A stretch of DNA of 63,433 bases, counting the filler, from an uncultured bacterium (GTDB lineage Bacteria > Latescibacterota > UBA2968): assembly GCA_964471275.1 (NCBI GenBank). It is 4 parts of 4 records of this genome, joined end to end, with 100 filler letters (N's around TTAATTAATTAA, not from the genome) between each part and the next. Parts side by side here need not be neighbours in the genome. Positions count along the whole stretch, not along the records: positions 34,821 to 52,118 come from CAYYGZ010000087.1; positions 52,219 to 63,433 come from CAYYGZ010000157.1; 2 more parts are not named here. One strand, given 5' to 3'. Shown in pieces: positions 50,964-60,992 of the stretch; positions within the stretch are counted from its first letter, which is position 1; every line of letters starts with the position of its first letter. Under the pieces are notes generated by a model. It worked only from the letters and a program-made list of their open reading frames with translations. It was not told the DNA's origin and searched no databases. Made by a program: the position numbers and the translations under genes.

Positions 50964-52118
50964 ATGCTTTTCAGAAATCTTTTTAAAAGCGATAAGAGCA
51001 TTGCCGTCGGTCGTGGCAAGAAGAAGAAAGTCACGATCAAGGACGTCATCACGAATCTCGACCGTGTCGAGCTCACGACGGCGAACTGTACTGTGATCCG
51101 CGACCATCTCGGGAACGAGAAGATCGAAGACTACGGTCAGGTCGACATCTACCGGATCAATGATGAGCGCCTGTTTGTAGTGGAAAACGAGTTCTTCATC
51201 ACCGCGCCCGGTGGCGGCGGTGGGGATCACGACGATATTGTGTCACACGACCACGAACCCGTCGACGTGGCAGGCCCGGACGACGATGAAGACGATGAAG
51301 ACGATGAAGACATAGAAGATGAGGCTGAGGAGAAGAAAGAAGAAGATGGGGGACAGAAGGGCGGCGGCGACGCCTACTCCAGCGATGGGGGAGGCGCCAG
51401 TCGTCGCAGCCGGGAGGCCGAGGAATCCGCAGATGCTGCGCTTGGAATCGGGCAAATCGTTAAACTTCGCTTCTTCTACAGCAAGATCCCCTACGAGATC
51501 GATTGCCAGATTGTTGATTCCTTCAACCCGAATCGCTACAAGAACGTAGAACTCACGNNNNNNNNNNAAACGTGACCAGCGGCGATACGTCCGCTATACC
51601 CACCGGCTTGGTTTCGGCCATCTCCGGATGCGCAGTGAGATTCAGTTCAATGTGTTTGCACAAAGAACAAATCTCGAGATCCCGGAGAAGGGCGCACTAA
51701 AACAGACCATCACGAATGAGGACTTCCAGCTCTTTCCCTATGGGAGCCGCGAAGTCGACGAAGTGCGTGACGCCGGCCGGATCGAGGATGTGGTCGAGTT
51801 CTTCATGGGTTGCATGGTCTCGAACCCGGCAGAGAGACGGCACGGCTTCATCAGCAAACCCTACCTGGACCGGCTGAGTCGATCCAGCCTGGAGGGTTTG
51901 AGTTACTACAATGTTGTCGGTGCACTGCAGACCACTGTTCTTCCCAAGATCTTCGTCAAGCGACAGACGAAGGGCGAGAGCGTTCTCGAGCGCCAGTTGG
52001 CAGGGAAGGCGCACACCAAGCGTGATGCGCGGAAGATGCGGGCCATCGAGGAGATGCAGGAACGCTATTCGATGCTGACCCGTGAGCAGAAGATCTGGCA
52101 GCAGCGGAAGATGGGGAA
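50964..52118 (+). CDS. large hypothetical protein with acidic linker and PilZ-like QRRxxR motif (spans 10-N gap; cut by contig end)
   Basis: ORF 50964-51557, then after the gap KRDQRRYVRYTHR in frame with ORF 51628. Confidence 0.65.
51282..51311 (+). repeat. 9-nt coding tandem repeat (GACGATGAA)x3
   Basis: direct reading; encodes DDE repeats. Confidence 0.8.
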
Positions 52119-52218
52119 NNNNNNNNNNNNNNNNNNNNNNNNNNNNNNNNNNNNNNNNNNNNTTAATTAATTAANNNNNNNNNNNNNNNNNNNNNNNNNN
52201 NNNNNNNNNNNNNNNNNN
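52119..52218. other. artificial contig-joining spacer
   Basis: N-run, TTAATTAATTAA, N-run. Confidence 0.97.
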
Positions 52219-52251
52219 TAAGACACCAAATCCGTCGGTACCCTTTCTAAT

Positions 52252-52992
52252 ATGCCTACTGACCTCATACTTTGGATCGCTTTCTTCGCATTCTGGCTGT
52301 TCGCTCTCTACCGGGCAACACATCGCGCCTTCAAGATCGAGCAGACACGGATGCAGGGACTGGCCTTCCGCCATGGGCCGATCTCCTCGGCGACCATCGT
52401 CTTTCATACCGGCTTGACCTCTGTTCTGCTGGTGCTTCTCCTGACCAGCGTCTTCGAAGACACGCAGATCCTCTGGTTTGGTTTGCCAGGTCTGCTTGCA
52501 CCGATCATACAGGGCTCGACGATCGCACTCGACCGGAAAACGCCCCACCAGGACGCAAGGACCAGGCGGATTTCTCCTTACTGGGTCGCCGAGCAGTGGC
52601 CGTTCGCCCTCCTGGGATTGAGCATCGGAGTTGCCGGTGCCATCTGGTCGATCCTTGCGGCCACGAGCTACCCACTCCTGCTTGTCGGGTTCAGCGTCTT
52701 CTTCTTCTCCACCTTCTGGTTCTACTTCGAGAACGGAAACGAGATCTCGGTGTCACCAACGGCCTTCCAGTATGTGCGCGGGTTCCCGAAACTGCGCACC
52801 TTTACGCATCGTCGCCCCCGCACGAAAGACTTGAAGATGAAGATGCGAAGACGCCGCCGAGGCATATACGACATTAAAATCGACGAGATCGATCAGACTA
52901 CGATCGAATTGACCGCAGGCCTCTCTGCCAGGCATCGGCTCCACCTTGAGCTCGAAGAGTATTTTGTCAGGACCGATCAGGAGAGGTGGTAA
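52252..52992 (+). CDS. hypothetical membrane protein
   Basis: about 5 hydrophobic segments followed by a basic soluble tail. Confidence 0.75.
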   Translation: MPTDLILWIAFFAFWLFALYRATHRAFKIEQTRMQGLAFRHGPISSATIVFHTGLTSVLLVLLLTSVFEDTQILWFGLPGLLAPIIQGSTIALDRKTPHQDARTRRISPYWVAEQWPFALLGLSIGVAGAIWSILAATSYPLLLVGFSVFFFSTFWFYFENGNEISVSPTAFQYVRGFPKLRTFTHRRPRTKDLKMKMRRRRRGIYDIKIDEIDQTTIELTAGLSARHRLHLELEEYFVRTDQERW

Positions 52993-53294
52993 GGGACGCA
53001 GCCAAACCGCTCAATCTGCCCACCCACATACACCCACTACAGACTACCTTCGTACCCTACCTTTTCTGGATTCTCTTCTTCGCTCTCTGGTTTCTCGGTG
53101 CCCGCTAGGCGACCCACCATGCCTTTCAAGACCGGACCTTTCAAGCCGAGCCCGGTGAGGATCTGGGACCTGTCTATCTCCCCTCGCTCTTCTTTCACGG
53201 TAACCTCATTCTGGCAATGATTGAAGTGCTTGCCTGCGCGATACTCAGGGACATCCGGCACTCTTGCTCGCCGTAGCTGGATCTNNNNNNNNNN

Positions 53295-53807
53295 CTGCTG
53301 CACCCATCTTCATCGGTTGCTATATCGAATACCAATTCATCATCAAACGGAAAGACAACCCACTACATAGCGCACCGTTCTGGCCGGTCCGGCAATGGCC
53401 GTTTCTCCTCCTCTGCCTCGTGCTCGCCAGCGTGGGAGTTGGCTGGTCTATCTTCGCTGTGAGTCCATTTCCTCTGCTCTTCGTCTTCTACAGCTTCTTC
53501 TTCCTTTTCCAGTTCTGGTTCTTCTACTCAACTGCAACGGGATCACAATCTCGCACCTCACGTTCGAAACATCGGAAAACTTCCCGAGGCCCGGCGAGAT
53601 AGTGACTCGCATTCGTCGACCCAGGTCACTGCATCTGACGTTGGACGAGGTAAAGCGATTGCATGGGATTCACCTCTGGCGAGTCATCATCACGCGCGAT
53701 GGTGAGGAACTGATCGAAATCATATCGAGGATATCCCCCAGTCAGCGAATCCGGATCGACGAGGAGTTTGGGGGCCGGAGTAGAGCTTCCTTTCCACAAT
53801 TGACTAG
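53295..53807 (+). pseudogene. partial, frameshifted paralog of the 52252-52992 membrane protein
   Basis: PFWPVRQWPFLLL..WSIFA..PLLF..FWFF aligns with PYWVAEQWPFALL..WSILA..PLLL..FWFY; frameshift near 53525; end coordinate approximate. Confidence 0.6.
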
Positions 53808-53879
53808 AGCAGGAACAGAAAACCGGACAGCTGAACTGCAGCTGCCCGGTCTTGATACTGTATGTTTGCAAGGAGTCGA

Positions 53880-54914
53880 CTACCGATACTTCGTCTTCTG
53901 TGCACTCCCCTTCTTCACGCTCTGTCCGGCCAGGTCCAGTATGTGGATCGGTCTCCGCGCCCACTCCGGCGTGATCACAAGCTTGGTGCCCTTCACCAGG
54001 TGATCCGCCATATTCTTGTAGAACTTGGGCCAGAGACTCGCCGTGTTCTTCCCTTTGGTAATCACTTTCAGGTCTCCCTGCTGTTGGATCATCTCATACG
54101 TACCGCCATCGAAGACGTAGCTGCCCTTTGTTCCCGCGATCTCCAGCTGTCCAGCCTTCGGATTGGCCTCGATGGTGGAGGCCGTCAGTGTCAGCCATTT
54201 TCCGCTCTTGAACCGTACGACGGCTGAGGCCACATCTTCGTTCGTGTCCTTCTTCCAGACCGTCTTGGACGCCCAGAAACCGGTCTTTGAATAGCCGGTC
54301 ACTTCAGTCATCTCATCGTCGATGATCTGCAGCGCGTACTCCAACAGATGCACACCCCAGTCATACATAATTCCACCGGATATCGATTTACTTGACCGCC
54401 ACCACGCCCCCGGCACGCCGTATCCACCGATATGCGCTTCGACACGGTATACGTCTCCGATGGCCTTTTCACGCTTGATGTGTTTGAGGGCCTCGAGCAC
54501 GCAACCGTCCCAGTGCCTGTTGTGATAGGTCGTAAGCAGCAATCGACGCTTCTTCGCCTCACGAATCATCGCATCGCATTCTGCGGTCGTGATCGCGAGA
54601 GGCTTCTCGCTGATCACGCTGCGTCCGGCCCGCAAACACTGTAGAGCCAGCTTCGCGTGGGTGTTGTGCGGGGTGATAAGGACCACCAGGTTCACGTCAG
54701 ATTTCTTCAACATCTGCGCGACGGTTGGGTATGTGTCGATCCCGGAAAACTCCTCGACCGCCACCTTCCGACGTTCCGGATCAACTTCCGCAACCGCAAC
54801 AGGGGTCATCCCTGCCGTCTTCATGTCAGCTAAATGCCGGCGCCCCATGTTGAAAGCGCCGCCATACCCGATCACACCGACCTTTATATCACCTGCCTTC
54901 TTGTACTTCCCCAT
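53880..54914 (-). CDS. Gfo/Idh/MocA family oxidoreductase
   Basis: VGVIGYG, SEKP, HNRHWD, GGIMYDWGVH. Confidence 0.94.
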   Translation of the reverse strand: MGKYKKAGDIKVGVIGYGGAFNMGRRHLADMKTAGMTPVAVAEVDPERRKVAVEEFSGIDTYPTVAQMLKKSDVNLVVLITPHNTHAKLALQCLRAGRSVISEKPLAITTAECDAMIREAKKRRLLLTTYHNRHWDGCVLEALKHIKREKAIGDVYRVEAHIGGYGVPGAWWRSSKSISGGIMYDWGVHLLEYALQIIDDEMTEVTGYSKTGFWASKTVWKKDTNEDVASAVVRFKSGKWLTLTASTIEANPKAGQLEIAGTKGSYVFDGGTYEMIQQQGDLKVITKGKNTASLWPKFYKNMADHLVKGTKLVITPEWARRPIHILDLAGQSVKKGSAQKTKYR

Positions 54915-54951
54915 CCCTGTACTCCTTCCCTGTCGTGTGGATTGGTTGTAG

Positions 54952-55749
54952 CTAGAACAGCGCCGTCACAAATACGTGTGTGCGTTTCAAGTCACCATCA
55001 ACGGCGTCTGGCTCTGAGGAACCGACGCACTCCACGTACATCGGTCCCGAGAACCCGCCATCCTCCAACTGACCGATCACAAACGGGAAGTCGACAAGGC
55101 CATCCCCTGCCGTCACCATCACATCCGGCTTGTCATTGTTGAGCATGCAGTCCTTTATGATCAGCGTCGACGTTCGTGACGCGACCATTTCGGCCTCAGA
55201 TTCAGGACGTACTTCGCCTTTTGTGTAATAGATGATATTCCCCGGATCATACGAGATCCGGAACGCCGGATGATCTACCTCATCGTGCAAATCGATCAGT
55301 TCCTGCGCAGTCAGGCTGATCCCACCGTGCGGCTTGAGCGAGATCCCGATCCCGGCTGCCTGAGCGTGATCGGCAACCGCACTCATCAACTTCGGATAGT
55401 CTGCATAATGCTCTTCTTTGCCCGTTCCAAGTTCAAGAATCCATTTCGCGCCGAGAGACCCGCAGTTGTCGATCAAACGTTTGTAGTCATCTGTCGCTCC
55501 GTCCAGACCCAGCTCAAGGTGCGTGCGCCCAAGCACCATGGACGGCGAGAGTCCCGCATCTGACGAAGCGTTCCGTGCAGCGTTGACCTGCTGGTCCGAA
55601 CTCGCAGCATCGACGGGCATCTCACGGTTGTGCGCGAAAACGGCAACATCGGTGTAGCCGGCCGCAGCGATCCGCAGGCAGGCTTCGGAATAGGACAACT
55701 GATTGTAGGGTCTGGTCGTACTTCCAAGAACGTGCTCAGCCAAAGCCAA
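54952..55749 (-). CDS. sugar phosphate isomerase/epimerase
   Basis: LKPHGG, YDPGN, IKD, GDGLVDF, YVEC. Confidence 0.88.
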   Translation of the reverse strand: MALAEHVLGSTTRPYNQLSYSEACLRIAAAGYTDVAVFAHNREMPVDAASSDQQVNAARNASSDAGLSPSMVLGRTHLELGLDGATDDYKRLIDNCGSLGAKWILELGTGKEEHYADYPKLMSAVADHAQAAGIGISLKPHGGISLTAQELIDLHDEVDHPAFRISYDPGNIIYYTKGEVRPESEAEMVASRTSTLIIKDCMLNNDKPDVMVTAGDGLVDFPFVIGQLEDGGFSGPMYVECVGSSEPDAVDGDLKRTHVFVTALF

Positions 55750-55778
55750 TCTCCTTTATGTACGGATACAGTCCTGCA

Positions 55779-56888
55779 CTACCCGGTGTGCGTGTTCGAA
55801 AATGTGCGCCATTCGGTGATCAGCCGGTTCTCTATCCGTGCTTCCCAGGCCGCAGGCACCGATGCGACGGCACTGTCCGAGCCTTTCAGGGATCCGGCAA
55901 GCAGCACCCGATCCTCTTTCGAGGTGATGGATCTCACAAGAATCGTGTAATCGGGATACACGGAGAAGGTTCGCTTCCACCGGTCTCGCGCGTTTGCGAC
56001 CCCTGCCTGCTCTGCCGCATCCGGGCCGAGCGCCCGGTGGCCCTCGCCGAGCAGATTCACAATCGCCTCCACATCGTGCTGATTTATTGCCTCCACAAAC
56101 TTGAGCACCGTCTCCTCGCTTGACACCACGGTCGACTCACTCTCACGTGCGATGGACTCGATAAACCCGGAGCTCAAGATCCCAGCGGGCAGGGCGAACA
56201 TACCGATACCCAGCATCGCAATCAGGATGCCGAAGAACTTTCCCAGCGTAGTCACAGGAAACACATCGCCATATCCGATGGTTGTTAATGTGACCATACC
56301 CCACCACATGGCGGCCGGTATACTCGAAAATGCCTCGGGTTGAGCTTCGTGCTCAACGTAATACATCAGGCTGGAGATCATGATCAACACGATCAGCAGA
56401 ACCGTTGCCACGAGATACATTTCTTTTCGCTTCTCGCGAACCACGGAGCCAAGGACTCGAATCGATTGAATATACCGACCCATCTTGAACAACCGGAAGA
56501 GACGGAGAAGCCTTACGGCACCGACCAGGGAGGGATCCAGATGCAGAAAGAGCTGCAGGTAGAACGGCGCGATGGCCAAAAAATCGATCAACGCGAACCC
56601 GCTGAGTGCGAACCGTATTCGACCCCGGATTGCTGATCGGAACTCCGGGTCCGACGTACACGACCAGAGCCGCAGCACATACTCGAATGAGAATACGATG
56701 ACGGAGAAGGCTTCGAACAGTTGGAGGAAAGGACCGTACGATGCGGCGATCGAATCGACGGTCTCGATAATCACCATCACAACGTTCAGTCCGATGAGAG
56801 CCACGATGAACGTGTCGAAGGCACGACTCGCCCTGTCGCCCTTCTCGGCACGCTCCATGATCTCGTATGTGCGGTGCTTGATATTCAC
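55779..56888 (-). CDS. voltage-gated potassium channel with C-terminal SnoaL/NTF2-like domain
   Basis: S4 VRLLRLFRLFKMGR; pore helix WWGMVTLTTIGYGD; C-terminus ETVLKFVEAINQHDVEA..YPDYTI..WEARIENRLITEWR. Confidence 0.9.
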   Translation of the reverse strand: MNIKHRTYEIMERAEKGDRASRAFDTFIVALIGLNVVMVIIETVDSIAASYGPFLQLFEAFSVIVFSFEYVLRLWSCTSDPEFRSAIRGRIRFALSGFALIDFLAIAPFYLQLFLHLDPSLVGAVRLLRLFRLFKMGRYIQSIRVLGSVVREKRKEMYLVATVLLIVLIMISSLMYYVEHEAQPEAFSSIPAAMWWGMVTLTTIGYGDVFPVTTLGKFFGILIAMLGIGMFALPAGILSSGFIESIARESESTVVSSEETVLKFVEAINQHDVEAIVNLLGEGHRALGPDAAEQAGVANARDRWKRTFSVYPDYTILVRSITSKEDRVLLAGSLKGSDSAVASVPAAWEARIENRLITEWRTFSNTHTG

Positions 56889-56932
56889 GGGTCTCTCGAT
56901 CGTATGGATGGATACGGTGATCAGAAGCTACG

Positions 56933-56961
56933 TTGACAGCCGCTGACAGTCAAAATATACT
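56933..56961 (+). promoter_or_regulatory. sigma70 promoter
   Basis: TTGACA-17nt-TATACT. Confidence 0.75.
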
Positions 56962-57002
56962 GCAGAGATTCACCCCACTTCTACGAGCGAGGATGTATTC
57001 GG

Positions 57003-58712
57003 ATGGAATCCACCAAGTCATCTTGGGTGAAGGTAAGCCTGTCAGTCAGTCTGGCTCTGGTCGTGTGTGCGCTTCTACCGGACGCGGGGACAGCCAGCGG
57101 GTGGGGGCTCTTCCCACCGATACTCGCAATCTCCGTGGGCATATTGACCCGCAGGCTCATCCTTGGCCTCAGTCTGGCCGTGATCTCCGGGAGCATCCTG
57201 AGCACGCCGAGCCAGCCCGCGATCGCATACCTCCAGACGGCCAGTGCCAAGGTCGCGTTCGAGTATATGTACGAGCCGGTCTTCAACTCCTTCTCCGGCT
57301 ACATCCTGGCCTTCACCGCATGTCTGATCGGTATGGTCCGGGTCACCTCGCTCGCCGGTGGGAACCGTGGGATTGCCGAACTGTTGTCAAGGGGCGCCGG
57401 CGGGGCGCGATCCAGTCGTCTAGCCACATTTCTGATGGGTATGGCAATCTTCTTCGATGACTATGCAAACACCATCGTAGTCGGCTCCACGATGCGCCCG
57501 ATCACCGACCGGTTCCGAGTCTCCCGAGAGAAGCTTGCGTACATCGTCGACTCAACAGCAGCCCCGATCGCTGGTCTTGCGATCATCAGTACGTGGATCG
57601 GCTACGAGGTCGGCCTCTTCGAGGACTTGATGAAGGACCTCGAAACCGGTTACTCAGGCTACCAGCTCTTTTTCGCCGCACTCCCCTGTCGGTTCTACTG
57701 CATTTTCACTCTGATCTTCGTGCTAGCCTCAGCTCTGCTGGGTCGTGACTTTGGGCCCATGCTGCGCGCGGAGCGGCGTGCAGGAGACACGGGTCAGGTC
57801 CTCGCGGAGGGCTCACGTCCAATGACAGGCCAATACGTTGAGGTCCTCCCGAAGCAGGGCGTGGCACCCAGATGGTGGGTAGCCGCCTTGCCGGTGCTGA
57901 CGGTGGTCGCCTGTGTGATCGGGGGTATGGGATACAACACACGCGGTAATCCAGAGGTTGCTTCGGAAGCGGCACATGGCTACTTCAGCTCGACATACTG
58001 GTCGGCCGCATTCAAGAACGCAGACTCGGCAAGAGTACTCTTCGATGCATCGATACTGGGTGCCCTGATTGCATTCGTCCTGGCGCTCACGAGACGCAAC
58101 GAGGATACGGGGCAATACCCGATTTCACTGAGAATGGCCATCGAGACGTTCTTCAAGGGGGTATGGGGGGTATGGTATGCCTTTGCGATACTGATCCTGG
58201 CCTGGGCGATCAAGGCGGTTTGCGATGACGTCGGAACGGGGGACTACCTGACAACCTTGCTGAGTCCCGTGATCTCGCCGGTGCTTCTGCCCCTTCTGAT
58301 CTTCCTGCTCGCTTCGATCGTCGCTTTCTCGATCGGTACGTCGTGGACGACCATGGCCATTCTCATCCCGACGGTTGTCCCTCTCGCTCACAGTCTGGGA
58401 GGTATGCCCCTCACGATACTTGCTGCCGCGGCCGTCCTCGACGGGGCGATCTTCGGAGATCACTGTTCGCCGATCAGTGACACGACGGTCATGTCCAGTA
58501 TCGCCTCATCGTGTGATCATCTCGATCACGTCAAGTCTCAGGCCCCTTACGCACTGACGACCATGTCAATCGCCGCGGTATTCGGATACCTGGGAACGGC
58601 GACTACATACCCCGCTGCTGTCGGCTTGCTGCTCGGCATCACCACAATCGTCGTGCTTCTCCTGCTTGTGGGAAAGCGAACGGATGCCTGTCCTTCCTTG
58701 GAATTCGAGTAA
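57003..58712 (+). CDS. Na+/H+ antiporter NhaC family transporter
   Basis: FFDDYAN, SREKLAYIVDSTAAP, GTSW, GDHCSPISDTT. Confidence 0.93.
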   Translation: MESTKSSWVKVSLSVSLALVVCALLPDAGTASGWGLFPPILAISVGILTRRLILGLSLAVISGSILSTPSQPAIAYLQTASAKVAFEYMYEPVFNSFSGYILAFTACLIGMVRVTSLAGGNRGIAELLSRGAGGARSSRLATFLMGMAIFFDDYANTIVVGSTMRPITDRFRVSREKLAYIVDSTAAPIAGLAIISTWIGYEVGLFEDLMKDLETGYSGYQLFFAALPCRFYCIFTLIFVLASALLGRDFGPMLRAERRAGDTGQVLAEGSRPMTGQYVEVLPKQGVAPRWWVAALPVLTVVACVIGGMGYNTRGNPEVASEAAHGYFSSTYWSAAFKNADSARVLFDASILGALIAFVLALTRRNEDTGQYPISLRMAIETFFKGVWGVWYAFAILILAWAIKAVCDDVGTGDYLTTLLSPVISPVLLPLLIFLLASIVAFSIGTSWTTMAILIPTVVPLAHSLGGMPLTILAAAAVLDGAIFGDHCSPISDTTVMSSIASSCDHLDHVKSQAPYALTTMSIAAVFGYLGTATTYPAAVGLLLGITTIVVLLLLVGKRTDACPSLEFE

Positions 58713-58767
58713 TATTGCCCACCACGCCTCTGTTGTTCGATCGCAGACATAAAAAGAGGCCGGTCAC

Positions 58768-59235
58768 GTGATCGTGTGCCGGCCATCTCACTCTTTGGTA
58801 GTAGTCGACGAAGTATCAGTCGAGGGCGATCTTGCCGACATCGTGGAGCATGCCCGCCAGGAACGCAGATTCCGCTTCCGCCTGCAGCTTCTTGAAAATC
58901 GCACGAGCCGCAAACGCGACGCCGACCGAGTGCCGCCAGAATTCATTGGCATCCAGACCCGAACCATCCTCGTAATCTCCCTGCTTCTCGAACACCTGAG
59001 CGGCCATCACCAGATTCGCAATCTCCTCGAGCCCGAGGAGCGTCACGGCCAGCTTCAGTGAATCGATCTTCTTCCTGAAAGCGTAGCTGGATGAGTTCAC
59101 CAGCTTAAAAATCGTGGCGAGCAACCCGGAATCGAGCTAACGCTTATCCGCGATCTCATCACTGGTCGAATCCTCGCTGTGGGCGAGCTTCAGAATCTCT
59201 GCGTGTGTCGCAGGCAAAAAGGAGGAAGTCGCGAA
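58768..59235 (-). pseudogene. HDOD-domain protein remnant
   Basis: LPATHAEIL..DKR*LDSGLLATIFKLVNSS, FWRHSVGVA, AGMLHDVGK; in-frame stops; truncated at both ends. Confidence 0.8.
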
Positions 59236-59236
59236 C

Positions 59237-60949
59237 TTATGGCAGATAGGCTTCAGTCACGTATCGACGCATCATCCTGTGTGTATTAAAGTAATATGCG
59301 TTCTTACCGATCGCGCCTTTCATGATCGCGATCCATCTATGTCGATCGTCGCAGTAGGTCGGCAGAAGGACCTCTTCCAGCTTCTGGTACAGACTCTCCA
59401 AGTCCTCGGCCTCGTGTCGCTCAGACAGGCTGACCTCCTTCGCCTCCGGGCCAATCGACCATCCGGTGACGCCCTCGATATGCCCCTCGATCCACCAACC
59501 ATCCAGGACACTGAAATTCGGTACACCATTGTGAGCGGCCTTCATTCCGCTCGTGCCCGAGGCCTCCTGCGGACGGATCGGGTTGTTTAGCCAGACATCC
59601 ACACCCGGAATCAGAACACTGGACAGGTTCATGTCATATCCGGGTAAATAAGCACCCTTGATGTCCGGGGAAAGCGCCTCCAGACTGTGGACGACACGCT
59701 GGATCAATTCCTTCCCCATCGTGTCGGCGGGGTGTGCTTTACCGGCGTACACAATCTGAAGCTTCCCACAACCGATTTCCCGTAATCGTTCCAGATCAGT
59801 AAAGATCAGGTCGGCACGCTTGTAGGTCGCAGCCCTCCGGGCAAACCCGATCGTCAACACGTCCGGGTCCAGCTGAATACCCGTATGTTCGTAACAATAT
59901 CCGACCAGATGCTGCTTACACGTCTGATGGGTCTCCCAGATTTCTTCGTCCGGAATATTATCGGCCCTGACAAACAGCTCGGGCTCGTTCGCCCAGCCCG
60001 GGATAAAGCGATCGTAGAGCTGCTTGAAGGGCTCCGCCGTCCACGTATATGAATGAATACCGTTTGTGATAGCGTGAATCGCGTAGCCCTCGAACATATT
60101 CTGGGACACCTCACCGTGCTTCTTCGCCACGCCGTTCACGTAGCGGCTCAGGTTCAATGCCAACATCGTCATGTTTAGGCCGTCTTCCCCGGCCAACTCC
60201 CGCAGCAGGTTCATATCTATGGTATCGCCCAGGACCTGCTCGACCACGTCGTATCCGAACTTATCGTGGCCCGCTGCGACGGGTGTGTGTGTCGTGAAAA
60301 CACATCGCTCGCGCACCGACTCATCATCCCACTGCAGCCGCTCGTCCCAGACCTGCTCGATGTCACGCTTCGTCTCACGCAGGAGCTCGACGGTCAGCAG
60401 GCTCGCGTGGCCTTCGTTCAAATGAAACTTCTTTACCTCGACCCCGAGCGCGCCCAGCATTCGGACACCCCCGATACCCAGCACGACTTCCTGCTTGAGG
60501 CGATGCGTGTGGTCGCCACCGTAGAGCTTGTCCGTGAGTGCCCGATCGTGTGGTTCATTCTCATCCGAGCTCGTGTCCAGAAACAGGACCGGGAGGATGC
60601 CTCCTGCAGGGCTGACGACATCATACTGCCAGGCCTGAACCACAACGGATCGCCCCTCAATCTGAACCTCGATCCGGGGGGCCAGCAAGGTCATGGCGTC
60701 CTCGGGTGACCAGTCAACGTCATCCTCGACCTGCCACCCCTCATCGTTCAGCGTCTGGGTGAAGAACCCTTTCCGGTGGATCAACGTGACTGCCACCATC
60801 GGCAAACTCAGATCAGCAGCGGACTTGATCGTGTCACCAGCCAAAACGCCGAGCCCGCCGCTGTAGGTCGGCAGGTCTGCAGACAGCCCGATCTCCATCG
60901 AGAAGTAGGCAATCTTGCTTTCGTCAATGAGTGATTTCAAGGGGGGCAC
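59237..60949 (-). CDS. glgP: alpha-glucan (glycogen) phosphorylase
   Basis: AYFSMEIG, YSGGLGVLAGD, HLNEGH, FTTHTPV, EASGTSGMKA; start codon uncertain. Confidence 0.95.
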   Translation of the reverse strand: MPPLKSLIDESKIAYFSMEIGLSADLPTYSGGLGVLAGDTIKSAADLSLPMVAVTLIHRKGFFTQTLNDEGWQVEDDVDWSPEDAMTLLAPRIEVQIEGRSVVVQAWQYDVVSPAGGILPVLFLDTSSDENEPHDRALTDKLYGGDHTHRLKQEVVLGIGGVRMLGALGVEVKKFHLNEGHASLLTVELLRETKRDIEQVWDERLQWDDESVRERCVFTTHTPVAAGHDKFGYDVVEQVLGDTIDMNLLRELAGEDGLNMTMLALNLSRYVNGVAKKHGEVSQNMFEGYAIHAITNGIHSYTWTAEPFKQLYDRFIPGWANEPELFVRADNIPDEEIWETHQTCKQHLVGYCYEHTGIQLDPDVLTIGFARRAATYKRADLIFTDLERLREIGCGKLQIVYAGKAHPADTMGKELIQRVVHSLEALSPDIKGAYLPGYDMNLSSVLIPGVDVWLNNPIRPQEASGTSGMKAAHNGVPNFSVLDGWWIEGHIEGVTGWSIGPEAKEVSLSERHEAEDLESLYQKLEEVLLPTYCDDRHRWIAIMKGAIGKNAYYFNTHRMMRRYVTEAYLP

Positions 60950-60992
60950 TTGCCGTCGGGCACCAAGGCCTCGACAGATCGGCCTCTCCTTT

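Noticed and set aside
25226..59235. Alternative genetic code or systematic stop-codon reassignment
   Set aside because: Internal stops include TAA, TAG and TGA, co-occur with frameshifts and deletions, and all three codons end intact genes normally.
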